From Phoronis australis (Eukaryota; Animalia; Phoronida): DNA of 64,000 nt. The stretch's first letter is position 1, and the number at the start of each line of letters is the position of its first letter. The notes under the pieces were generated by a model. That model was given only the letters and a program-made list of their open reading frames with translations, searched no databases and had not been told where the DNA came from. The position numbers and the translations under genes are program-made. Below are positions 1 to 12,110 of the stretch, piece after piece. The stretch covers positions 62,001 through 126,000 of the forward strand of contig NMRA01000435.1 of NCBI GenBank assembly GCA_002633005.1, written 5' to 3'.

Positions 1-67
1 TTTTCTTGTTGAGTGTCTATGTGAGTTTGATGTGTCCTGTCCTATAAGTTTATGTTGTCATTTTCAG

Positions 68-112
68 CTACATTCCCAAAGGCTGGACAAGCAGTAACAG
101 TGCATTACACAG
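68..112 (+). CDS. FKBP1A: FKBP12-type peptidyl-prolyl isomerase, coding exon 2 (xTFPKAGQAVTVHYTG)
   Basis: ttttcAG acceptor at 66-67 and G|GTAAGC donor at 113. The translation matches the FKBP12 TFPKxGQxxxVHYTG motif. The phase-1 end joins the exon at 13959. Confidence 0.9.
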
Positions 113-3100
113 GTAAGCAATGTGTTCTGTAATTTGTTGCTAGGCAACAGAGAATTGAAAATTTCTGAGTCCAAATTTTGTCAGTGTTTTAACAGTGCAG
201 TCTTGCTGCGTTGGCAGGCTTGGGATTGATATTCTATATTTCACGTGTCAACTTCACATTTGGTTACGTGAAATCTCAAAATATCACAAACATCTCGATC
301 AGGTGTGGATTTTAAACTTCACATCTGGTTGAGATGTTCTTGGCATCAAGGTCACTACAGGACTGGAGAACGTGTGCTCTTCAAGTAAAATACGTGACCT
401 TCAAGTAAAGTGATGGAAGTGTTTTCAGTTGCATTTGCTAAAGTGCATCGGGAAGACCTAACTATTTTGTGTGCCAGATATGCTTATCGTCAAGTTTGCG
501 CTCGACACAATAAAATAGGACCACTGTTGCACAAACATGTCCACAAGCTAGCTCTGCTTGTAAAGTGTTCAGACAAAACATGAACGACCGTATCTACTGG
601 GTTGGTTGTCATCTGACTTAGTGTGCACTAGTTCGCCCCTAATATCTGTTTTTTCAGTTATTATAGATCTGACAATGCAGTGTTATTGGAAAACAAAGTT
701 TTAATGCAACCCAACATACGATTCTCTCTAGCCTTAAACATTTCTTTCAAAAGGTCTGCTTGCCCTTGACTTACTGGTCCAAAAAATTACAGTCAGTACT
801 TATATGATGTATAGGACAGAAAGGACAAACAAATCACGCTTTCGGAACGTGACAGATATTGAAATCTGTTTCAGAGTCTTGTTTTAGGGCCGGTACTAAC
901 TGCGTTCAGATTAATAATATTGCAAACCTATGCAGCCTCAGAGTGTGAATTATTTTGTCGTGGAAAGTAAGGATAGATGACAGAAAAGTGAAAACGTAAA
1001 AATGAAGCGAATATTTATGGGTACGTGGCAAAACAGAAAACTGGTCATATCAATCAGTGCCCAGAGCATGAGGAAGATTGAGGGCTGAGTGTTGACCAGC
1101 AAAGTAAGACCAGGTTTAAGGTTGTGTAGAACCATGTAAAAATATCCAACTTTGGCTGACTTCGGGATATCATATCTCAGTAAGGGCTGATCGGATTCAC
1201 AGGAAACTTTCAGACACCGTACTTTAGGCACTGGTCTCCAAAAAGCTGTTTGGAGATGTTTTTAAAGTGTTCCACTTTGGTATAAGGGGCTATCAAAGAA
1301 TAGGACGTTTATGATTTCCATCAAAAATGTTGCATGAAATGATATTTAATGAAACTGACAGCATCTTTGATATCTCACATTGAACATTTATATCAAATAA
1401 AATTCGATTATGTTACTGAAACCGTTGTCTTGCTGTCCATGTAGTTTCCTCTTTTGCTAAATCAAATTCTGCAGGCTTTCTTCTTTCAGAAAATATGTGC
1501 CCTTACTAGTTAACACGTATTTTAATTTTCTCGATATTTTGCTAAATGCTCTGACATGTCGATAAGGCCTTCATGACCTTAATTTTCTCCGGACCGACCG
1601 CGTAACATTTTGATCACTGCATGCAGACCAACATGATAATTATGTTTCAAAACAAGCAAAGTGAATAGACAGCCTGTTGGTTTTCAACTTTAACTTTTTG
1701 CGTGTCTGTATTTGTCAGAAAAAGGTTTAGTTTTCACCTTGTCAAAAATTGAAAATTTTGTGTTAGTGTTTGTGTTTGTGTTTGTGTGGAGATGTCAGGA
1801 TAATTGTGGGAGAGTCCTCAGTAGCAGATGTTGACTGGCCAGGCACTCACACGACTGCCCCAGGACCCGGTCAGCTTCCATTATAGTTTCTGAAAAGCTG
1901 AGAACGCATTATAAGATTTTCATGGGTTTTAATGCCCGGTTGCATGACACAGCTCAATGAGCCGATTGTCCGTATTTGTTCTATTTTAGTCTCATTACTT
2001 TGTTAAATTTTGGCTTAATACAAATGTAGAGTGAACTCCATATTGAGTTGTCAATATTATCGAAAATAAATTGGGATCTTATCAAGCAACGCTCTTAATT
2101 TAAGGACTGTGCCCCTACGTATTGTCACAGAACTCAGGGCTCAGTTTTTACTTATATTATTAGAAGATGTCATTAGTCAAAGAGAAGTTCATAGTAAGGA
2201 TAACACTATAGAAAAGATTACACATGTGAGTGAAGAAAGACACAAATAAGCAAAAGATTTAGGGAACTTAGTTTCGTCCCAATTTGGGAATGTTTTGTGC
2301 AAACTGAGCACTGAATGCATTTGAAATCTTAACACTCAAAAAAGTCTCTACAGGATTGATTAGAAAGTAGCCAGACGACCACGACACTTCATAATAGGCA
2401 CGAGACTATTGGCAGAAATGGTGACATACACTCGCAAGATCCGTTAACGCCATTGCTTTATGTCCTTACCTTCCTCGCAAGTTAAAGCGACACCTCCTGG
2501 ACCACTGAGGTGGAGAGAACACGAAGTGATATGGATACAACACAAACAATAAGAAGTAAATTATATGGGTGGAACACGCCTTTAGCCATCATTTTTGTCT
2601 CTTTATCCCAATCCATATGAAGACGTTCAGGTTTCAAACTTGGCTGAAGCTAATAGGCGAATTGCCCCTTGTTTTATCAATTTTGCATGTAAAGTTCAAA
2701 AGAAGGCATACAGGAATGTTTTAAGTATGTTTTTAATGTGAAAAGCGCTTTGGGCGTCTTTGTTTTACTTTCAGTTTAAAATGTTAAAAGCAGAAGTATG
2801 CTTGTGAGTTTAAATTTTAAGTTCTAAGCATAATGTTTCATGACGTACACCAGCGAATGTATAGGCATTATTACATTTTGTCCTGGAGATCAATCATACT
2901 CAATGAAAATTAGGAACCATGATTACAGTTTTAAACAATCGTTGGAATTATTTTTATTATGAGTAAGCAACAAGGTGAGACCAATAAATTATAATAGTAA
3001 GTGGTCTCATTCATAAGTTTGTTTTTGACCGAAGACACCGGTTTATTACACCTTTAAATCTAGTATTGAACTCAACTATTTGGTTGACAGCTACGTAGCT

Positions 3101-4080
3101 AGCTTGTACTGCCACTAATGAATTCAATTTGTGGTGAATATAATTCTTCTTGACTGCAAAACTTTTTATTATCTCTGGCATCACTTAGCTACTGAGTACA
3201 TCCAGCATTGGTTTCATTTAGTCTGAAATGTTCTTTTGACTGTTGACATGACAACCCGGTGTTTTTCAGTAGGGAACTTTTTATATTGGCGCTCTCTAAA
3301 GTTATGAGAACACGAAAGTAGCTTCTGATTGGTCCCGACTCGGATTTAGTGGACAGAAATTTATTGGTACATAGTGGCTCGTTAATTTAAAAGCAGAGAA
3401 TTTAAATTCCACTTTCAGTCCCTCCCATTGCTTGATTAGTTTAAGTCCGCTTTATTTTAGCTTGTTGACTCCAGCTGGGATCGAAAATTTCCTTCTTTAA
3501 AAGCCGTAGCCACTGACTTTATCGCAAATAATTCTTTGCAATGGGGATTGTATGGAACACCATGTCCTTGTTCATTCATTGGTATTTCAAAAGGTTTGTA
3601 AAACATCCCACTGCACAGGAGTGGAAAATAGTCGGCATTGGTATAGCGTGAATAACGTAGAAAAAAATACGAAACTAAAGGTCTAAAGTATACACTTAAT
3701 TGTTGAAAAGTAGAATAAATATACGTAAATAAAACAACAAAAATGGATCACTGAAATTTTCGGATATAATACCATACTTCATCAACAGAAACAGAAATAA
3801 AGTAAAATGAAACACTGTATGACATCAGATATATGGCGTAATGAGCATGATACACATCAGATGTCAATTGTCTTATAGTGTTTGATTTTACTTTATTTTT
3901 GTTTCTGTTGATGAAGCATGTTATTATAACCCAAAATTTCAGTGATCCATTTTTGTTATTTACGTATAGCATGAAAGGTGTTAAAACACTCTTTGTACTA
4001 ATGTGTTGAAACGTACCATCCGTATTACATAGGATCTGTTGGTGGCGCTGAATGTCTGTTCACTGAAGACCTGGCGTGCT

Positions 4081-4216
4081 TTCAGTAACACTAGGACCTA
4101 CTCTAGGACCTAGCTAAAATCTAGCCAAAGTCACGTGTTCTCATTTAAAATACATGGCAATATCTCACGTAATCTCGCAAAGTCTTACTTTTTAGTGAGG
4201 TCCTAGCGTTACTGAA
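4081..4216. mobile_element. Small MITE-like inverted-repeat element
   Basis: TTCAGTAACACTAGGACCT at 4081-4099 is the near-perfect reverse complement of AGGTCCTAGCGTTACTGAA at 4198-4216 (1 mismatch). TSD not resolved. Confidence 0.55.
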
Positions 4217-4458
4217 CAGGAGGCTGATCGCCGTGTGGCGAGTTGGTGAATTTCAATGTGACGCAGCTATTTCAAAAGTCAACTATTGTTGAAATTCACT
4301 GTAGCGACATTTTCTATGAGGAAAGCGATTTCTGAGATCAGGCTCTGTGTGGAATCGAACTTGGAAACGTCGCGGTTGCAGTCAAACTGTCTGCTGGTGC
4401 AAAACGACGGTTGTTCAGCTTGTATTTAAGTTGTGCAAGGTTTTATATAAGTTTACTT

Positions 4459-4880
4459 GGTGTTAAAGATAACATTCCTTTCGCTCTAGAATCCCATGTA
4501 GTGTAGAAATGTGATTGTAGTTGTTGGCAAGCAACTTATATTTGTGAGACAACTCGCCACTTGACTACAAGGATGAAGGAGCATCTAGTCTAGTTATCGA
4601 TAAGAATTCACATATCTTTAGACACTTTGAAAACAATGCTGCTTGTAGAGAGGCCTCTGTGGAACACAGCTTTACTATTATTGACAGTGATACTACGCTA
4701 ATCGCTATCGCTTGAAACTGCGTGAAGCCATGCATATTCAGTGTTCGGAAACGTCCTCACTCAATGTACAGGTTTCCCACGAGTTGTGATTAGCTGTTTC
4801 CTTGCCAATCCTGTTTCTGGTATTTTTGCGTGTGTGGAATTATCTGTGTATGGTGGATGTTTTACTGCCAAAACATGTCG
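4459..4880 (+). mobile_element. Penelope-like retroelement 3' fragment: degenerate GIY-YIG endonuclease followed by a decayed hammerhead
   Basis: Conceptual translation with stops and frameshifts: GVKDNIPFALESHVV*KCDCSCWQATYICETTRHLTTRMKEHL / DKNSHIFRHFENNAAC...FTIIDS / LKLREAMHIQ...LNVQVSH. This follows the Penelope GIY-YIG pattern VVYxxxCxxCxxxYIGETxRxLxxRxxEH...E.xHI...LN. Confidence 0.8.
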
Positions 4881-6130
4881 CTACATTTTTAGAAACGTTG
4901 TTGTCTTCATTCAAACTTTACATTTCGCTATAAAAATTACAAAAACAATGTACTTTGTTTTTATAGCTCCGGTCAAACCTAACAATTTCAAAAGTCTGTC
5001 CCATCCAACAATAATCCCGAAAAAGCATTTATTGGTCGTAAAAACGATAATGTAGGTATGAAATAGACTGCTTGTTTAGCCATCATCATCTGTGGATCCT
5101 CGAATGGCAGTAGACACCCCAGGCCTACTTTGACCTGCCAGTCTATCATGAGTCACTGGTGTCCGTGTCTCTCCTGAAATCTCTTCAATCAGATGTCTGT
5201 TTTCATTGGACAATGTTTTGTGCGTGCAGCATTTATGCTCACAAAGTAGAACTTCGCTGTTGTAGCAAATGTGCCATATTTAAGCCTGTTCAGCATGCAG
5301 TTTTGATAACGGGAGTTTGTTCATATAAACTCAATGAAATGAAATTATTTGGATCCGCAAGACTCGATTGTTGCTCCTTTAACTCCACCACCTTGACATT
5401 TTGGTATATAAAACAAGAAAATTTATGAAATCCACTTTTCTGGTAACTTTCAGCGATCCAAATTAAAGGGAACGTTATTGCATTTATTGTTAGCAAAGGT
5501 GAATATGTACTTTTCATTAGTTCAAATATAATGACTCATTCTTTGAGTGACAGCTTTGTTGCATGCAAAATGTTGAGGCAGACAAAAGCATTTATCGTAA
5601 TATAAGTTACAATTTTTTAGATTGAATCTATGAAGTTAAGAGATTTACTATCAAGTCACTGTTGTCTAGGAAAATGTAAACTAGACAAGCTATAAAGCTG
5701 CACACGTCAATATTTCAAAAGAGAAGCTGTCTATTATGGCTCAACTGTACCATGAATATTTTCTTATGAACTACTTGATATCCATTGTACTCTTGCTTTT
5801 CAATCAATAATGGCTCTTTTCGTATTGATCAGCAGTCTGACATTGTAAGTGCAAAACGGAATGTGAATCTCGCAGATTTGATGCATTCAACAGTGACTAG
5901 GAATATTTGTTATGCGTAAAATGAGCTGTTGTTTTTGTAATAATGAATGTTTTTACAGTTTGACAGTTGAGCTTTGATTAAGATTTCCACACAAGCCAGT
6001 ATGACATAGTCTGGATGGCTTGTTGTACATTTATCTTTATTCCTATTGTCTGTTAATGTGTTAGTGTTTCAACTGTGTTCAGCACATATGACTGAAAAGT
6101 GGAATTAACATTTCTCGAAACTTCTCAACA

Positions 6131-7840
6131 AAAACTTACAATAATAAAATTGTATGTGATCGTTAGTTTAGTTTAGTTTCTTTCTGTAGTGATCACAAAA
6201 TAACTTTTGGCAAATTTTAATCAAGTATTTGTGGTCACACTACACGCTTAAAGGTAAAAAGACAAAATGCTGTTACTTCATTTTGACAGCTGGTTAGTTA
6301 TGTAAGACCCTATAAATATGGTCAAATTGGCTGACTGTGGAACATCATATCTCAGAAATGACTCGTTTTATTCATACGAAACTTAGACAACTGTAACAGC
6401 GTTTTTTGATATCTCACGAAAAACATTTATTTCAAATTAAACTTGACCAAGGTACACTTTTCTTTTTTACTACTACTACTACTACTACTAAAAAGACATG
6501 GTCACATTACCCAATTAATAACAAATTGATTAAAGATGAAACCGTTAATTCTATAGGCTTTCTATATTTTACTAAGTTGACAGACTTGTTGATTTGTTGG
6601 TAAGGTCCCACATAAGGTTAACATTACAACAAAAAGGATTGACAATGAACTGTCTTTGCAGAGAACGACATTTCCAGGCCTTTATTCAGCGTAGGTCCAT
6701 TTGGACGCCCTAGCACTAATCTGGCCGCCCTGGCAAGGACTCCCAATGTATCATTTGGACGCCCACTGTCAATAGGAACCTTTCAAGTTTGGACTCACAC
6801 ATTGTAATGAATACTAGGAGGCCTCTGAAGGCTCACGGGGGCTCTTTTTTTAAAGCAGGAAGAAATATACAATATACTTTGTATATACAATGTTGCTTTG
6901 GTTGATAGTATTGTAAAAGTCTTGGTCTACATTTTTTAGTAAAAATGCTCACTACTGAAGGCTGTTTTGTAAACTTAGATGTAANAAAACTTACAATAAT
7001 AAAATTGTATGTGATCGTTAGTTTAGTTTAGTTTCTTTCTGTAGTGATCACAAAATAACTTTTGGCAAATTTTAATCAAGTATTTGTGGTCACACTACAC
7101 GCTTAAAGGTAAAAAGACAAAATGCTGTTACTTCATCTTGACAGTTGGTTAGTTATGTAAGACCCTATAAATATGGTCAAATTGGCTGACTGTGGAACAT
7201 CATATCTCAGAAATGACTCGTTTGATTCATACGAAACTTAGACAACTGTAACAGCGTTTTTTGATATCTCACGAAAAACATTTATTTCAAATTAAACTTG
7301 ACCATGGTACACTTTTCTTTTTTACTACTACTACTACTAAAAAGACATGGTCACATTACCCAATTAATAACAAATTGATAAAAGATGAAACCGTTAATTC
7401 TATAGGCTTTCTATATTTTACTAAGTTGACAGACTTGTTGATTTGTTGGTAAGGTCCCACATAAGGTTAACATTACAACAAAAAGGATTGACAATGAACT
7501 GTCATTGCAGAGAACGGCATTTCCAGGCCTTTATTCAGCGTAGGTCCATTTGGACGCCCTAGCACTAATCTGGCCGCCCTGGCAAGGACTCCCAATGTAT
7601 CATTTGGACGCCCACTGTCAATAGGAACCTTTCAAGTGTGGACTCACACATTGTAATGAATACTAGGAGGCCTCTGAAGGCTCACAGTGGGGACTCTTTT
7701 TTCAAAGCAGAAAAAAATATACAATGTGTATACAAAGTATATACTATGTTGCTTTGGTTTATAGTATTGTAAAAGTCTTGGTCTACATTTTTTAGTAAAA
7801 ATGCTCACTACTGAGGGCTGTTTTGTAAACTTAGATGTAA
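6131..7840. repeat. ~855-bp tandem duplication (6131-6984 / 6986-7840) joined by a single N; probable haplotype-overlap assembly artefact
   Basis: Near-identical copies differing by SNPs and microsatellite length ((TAC)n). The N at 6985 sits exactly at the junction. Confidence 0.85.
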
Positions 7841-7992
7841 AAACCTTGGTCTATGCATTTTTTGTAAAAAAATCTTTGTGTTTGGGGGTATTGCTGGGGG
7901 TGGGGGGGTTACGCGTCGGAATCATGGACGCCCTGGAATATTGGGAACCCCATTTTGGACACCCTATATTCGAAATCCTGGATCAAGGCCTG
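7524..7992. mobile_element. Non-autonomous hAT-like DNA transposon (MITE)
   Basis: 15-bp TIRs CAGGCCTTTATTCAG / CTGGATCAAGGCCTG (2 mismatches); 8-bp TSD ggcatttc / ggcctttc (1 mismatch); internal reiterated TTTGGACGCCC-like motifs. A 5' part is also present in the upstream duplicate copy (from ~6675). Confidence 0.75.
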
Positions 7993-9257
7993 GGCCTTTC
8001 CATCTTCCTAACTTTCTGATTTGTTCCTTTTCATGCCCAGTCACAACAAATGACAACAGGACGGTCGAAAATTACGCAGAAACACTTGGAATCACGTGCT
8101 TTTAACCCACAATGCTGCAACGTCTATCAGGCCATTAGTTGGTGTTTCTCTTTATTTGTTGGTAGCTTGCTTTTCTCAAGTTTTCCTTGATGACTGGATT
8201 AACTGTGTTCAACCTTCCAAATCCAGCTAAAGTTTGATGTGCTGTGGACTGTAACTGTGACAGCAGAAAGTTGGATAAACTTGAGAAGCATTCATGGATG
8301 CAATATTTTCCGACATGATTCTTAGAATAAGCTTGACATTTCTAGACCAAGCCCAGTGTACCAACATGTCTTTCTACCTCCAGGACAAAGGAGATTTCTA
8401 TCCTGGAATGTGTCGATGAATTTGGCTTTTGTCCAGCCGTCATGACTGGTAATTCTTAGTAATTTTGTTTGAATACTTTTGACTATAGGTGGCAGTCTCT
8501 AAAAAATTGAAAAAATGACAATTTTTGACATTTTTATTGCGGGAAATAACTGAACAATTATAGTTCTTTATGTAGAAGTTGCTGTAAGACTTGAGGTCGT
8601 GTATTTCATCAACTGCTGTTACAGTAGAAAAAGTTAAGCTAATTTCCAAGCAGTCCCATTGTTTATCATTAGATCCTTAGTCATGTATGGTAATACTCCA
8701 CTTATTTAGCACGATCACCTGATTTCGCACATCCAAAATTATATAAAAAAGTAATGTATTGTTCTTAACTTATTTCGCAGAAGGCTACTTGTAAGATTTT
8801 CGTGCCTTACCTAATTTGCACATGGTCAGTTTTGCACTTCGGAAATTGTCAATGCGAAGTATATTTTGAAGTACTGGAAATATTTCAGGATAAAAACACC
8901 GGATTAATTCTACAGATGGTTGTGTCCCCGAAGGATTTATGAATACCTGAAAGTTGTGTTGCCCCCTGTTGGCAGAAACTGATACTGTTATTATTCTTTC
9001 GTAGATGACTAGTCACAATACATTGCATGCCCTAGCACCAGAAGTTTTATGTAACAGATAACAGAATTTTTATTGAATCAACAAACCACATAGGTAGGTC
9101 GTAGGTCGTGAATAATTTTTCCCTTATAAATCCAAGAAAATTTGGTGGAATTTAGAATCCCGACAAATTTGTGTACCAATGCAAAAATTTTTCCTAGTTA
9201 AAATTTGATGAAAATTACGCTCGATTATTTCCACCAATTTCCACATGGGAACGACTC

Positions 9258-9331
9258 TTATGTTAATAAGGTCTGAACACTTCATGTTAATAAGGTATGA
9301 ACACTTTATGTTAATAGGGTCTGAACATTTT
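9258..9331. repeat. Minisatellite, ~24-bp unit x3 (ttatgttaataaggtctgaacact)
   Basis: Three visible tandem copies. Confidence 0.8.
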
Positions 9332-11380
9332 ATATTCACCACTTAATTCATCCATTCATATGGGACGAGTTGTTGATGAGTGTCATGTGTCTCGAAGAAA
9401 CATTGATTGTTAAACTTTGACCTTTTGGAGATTTCAGTAATCTTTTTTTTTTATAAGTATTCGATATATCAATTGGTGCGTTTTTTTCATGAGGTAAATT
9501 TAGATTCTATTTCCCACATTTAGCCATTAGGTACCAGTTAGGTCAATAGTTCTCAAATTATTTAATGTCAATCGGACTGACTGGATATTTGTCTATTTCT
9601 GCACCTTTGCTCTGACGCCAGTTTCCTCTGTCGTCATAACAATATACCTGACCTTTGACCTTTGCTACTTCTACCTTTTCAAAAGACAGTGTCAGTGAGC
9701 TGTGGCAATTCTCCACGTATTTTGCTCAAAAATAATTGCCAAAATTGTCTCTTTGTATTCCTGAACAGCTCAGTCAGGAAAATGAAGCAGTAAAATTATT
9801 GAGGATTTGTTTCCTAACTAATTTAACAACTAGTGAGCTTATGCGTTAGCTGTTGTGATGACTTTTAAATGCTAAGGCACTGCTATAAATTTTCGTTTTA
9901 GAAAAACATATCATGGGTCATTTGACCCTTAGAGCCTTAAGTCCATCCATCAGTTTAATGGAGCTATTGTCAACCCGTTTTTTGCCGTACTTTTTGGATG
10001 CAATTTTTTAGCCTGTATCTTTTTCGGGTGTGAAATTTTGTCTGCTATCCCAACACGTTACATGGAATTAGATCAGCTGTGCTGTACGGTTGCTTTTGTT
10101 GGAATCTGATTACAAGACAAAATAAGACATGATTGTGACACAAGTTTAATCCGCCATTTGGCCAGACTATAACAATGTGTCAGCACGGAAAACTTTTATA
10201 GGCTGATGATGTAAGGTGCACTCCTAAAAATATCTTGTAGCTACGTGGCAAGCTCTGCGTCATCCTATGGAAGACCTTTGCTAACATTTATCACGTGATT
10301 TCATCTGATAAGGAAATGTTGTTGAACAAGTTGTCGTCGTCACGATTTTTCATTCAATTTTCGAAAAACTTTGTGGGTGCACACAACCCTTCATGTTTTG
10401 TAACAAAGGGAACAAATTAACTATTGTTTACAGCGTTAACTTTCATCGTCATTTATCTGCAGTGGTACAATGGTGGTGGTGGCGAGGAAGGGAACAAAAT
10501 GCATTTTAAGACTATTCCCAGTTTGTGCTAAATGGTATTGTTACCCATTGTGCATATCTTACATTAACTAGTTGGTGTAGTTACGCGGTTCTTTTTAGAT
10601 GCCTTGTTTTTTCAAAAATAAAAATTCTCTTGATGCCAGCTTTAGTTGTATAGCAATGTTCTTTTCCTTTTTTACAGAAATTTACCTGGTGTCGGCTAAG
10701 GTGGTGCTTAAATGTCTTTTTGTTTTTTTTACAAACGGGATCTCAGGGTCTGATCTCCGTACTTGAAACTCCACTAGAAAACTGACCAATAGCACGGCAT
10801 GGTTCGAATAAACTTACAAATTTGTAATTAAATCATTCAACTTGATTGGTGCTTCACGTCTAAGTTAGGTCTCAGTGTAGAGCGTCTTTTTCTTTTTTAT
10901 AAAAATTCATCTGGCTTCGGTTTTAAAGTTAAAGATATGTGGAACTTCAAAGTGCTGTTGGTATACACCAGTGCCAAATATATGGTTAAAAGTGTTCATC
11001 GTTGTCTCCTGAGATTATGGTAAAAAATGGAAAAGTTAGTTATTAGGAGATATTTAGTTAGTCGAGTATAACGTTTCAAGCCTGGAGCTCAGGCCCTTGA
11101 TCACATGACTGTTCTTTCCGCCGTTGTAAAACCGGAAGTAACACCTGATTGGAAATAGGAGGAAGTTGCGGTCCCTGGCCACGGTTAGGTGGGGGTTTGC
11201 ACTGCTTAAAGGAGAATACCACCCGATTTAATTAGTCTTTTTACCGTCTTAATCGCTTTATATCCGCATCACCTCCTATACGGTCGACCTTACCTCGCTG
11301 AGAGGTGTCGCGTTAACCTGTGAGGAAGGTGAGAAACGACACTGCTACGTCAGTGGTTCTTCAGCAGAGTGAGTGCCGCT

Positions 11381-11571
11381 ATGGTGTGGTGTATCGTTCC
11401 GGCTTGTGTGAACTACGAAGCTGCGAGGAAAGCGGGTATATCGTTTTTTCGATTCTTGAGAGCCCATGATGCTTCAGAAGTGGCTCGCGGTAGTGAGGAA
11501 TGAAAAGTACGTTGTTAATACCAAGTATGAGGCCGTGAAACTTCTCTGTGTCTGTCAGTGGCCTGCACTTC
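11381..11571 (+). pseudogene. THAP zinc-finger remnant (N-terminus of Kolobok transposase)
   Basis: MVWCIVPACVNYEAARKAGISFFRF / MMLQKWLAVVRNEK...VC / LHF: the C2CH THAP signature with two frameshifts. Confidence 0.75.
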
Positions 11572-11699
11572 GTCAGATCGGTCGTTGATCAGTTTTTGAT
11601 TATGGAGAGTTGTAGTTGGCCATGAGAACATAAACAATTACAATTACCAGTAATTCAAGGCGTGAGAACATATCGTTTTATATAACCTGTTTGGTGACT

Positions 11700-12110
11700 G
11701 ACTCATTCGTCAGGCTTCTGTTTGGTCCTCTGGGTGTAGGATGTTTTTTCGCCACTTCTTTTTCTCAGCCGTAAAACGTCGTAAGCACACCTTTTTTTAG
11801 GTATGGTGCAAAATCAGGATGGTCCGTGAGACACATTTGCGCTTCTCCAAGAATTCGTTTCAATTGCGGAATTTCGTGGCAGCAAACGCAAGGGTCAGTC
11901 TTTCCATTATCGTGCAGTTAGCTCACTGACACCATGACACATTCAAACAGTTTTTGGAACTATTCATATGTTTCGGCGTTGTGTCTGCACATTCACGGAG
12001 CCTCTCTATTATTTCTTGATCAGTGTATTCTCATGAAACCTAACAATGGACCTGTGAAGTCTTCGTCTGATGAGCACTTGTCTAAGTTGGGATTGCTAGT
12101 CGCCGCGTTG
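11700..12110 (-). pseudogene. KolX-like (P2X7 ballast-related cysteine-rich) ORF remnant
   Basis: The minus strand reads ...EYTDQEIIERL...LNVSWCQ*ANCTIMER / CVCCHEIPQLKRILGEAQMCLTDHPDFAPYLKKGVL. This matches the WCxCxxCxxM...CCxE...CxxxHxxF...VL pattern, with stops and frameshifts. Confidence 0.7.

Noticed and set aside
70-76. miR-1 seed match ACATTCC in FKBP12 exon 2
   Set aside because: It is a single 7-mer in coding sequence dictated by the TFP codons, and is expected by chance.
4341-4390. tRNA-Cys-like or SINE head on the minus strand (TTTGACTGCA...GTTCGATTCC)
   Set aside because: No A-box, D-arm or acceptor stem; at most a decayed relic.
6406-7452. Two paralogous Thr-rich small ORFs
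   Set aside because: They arise from a (TAC)n microsatellite within the N-joined duplication.
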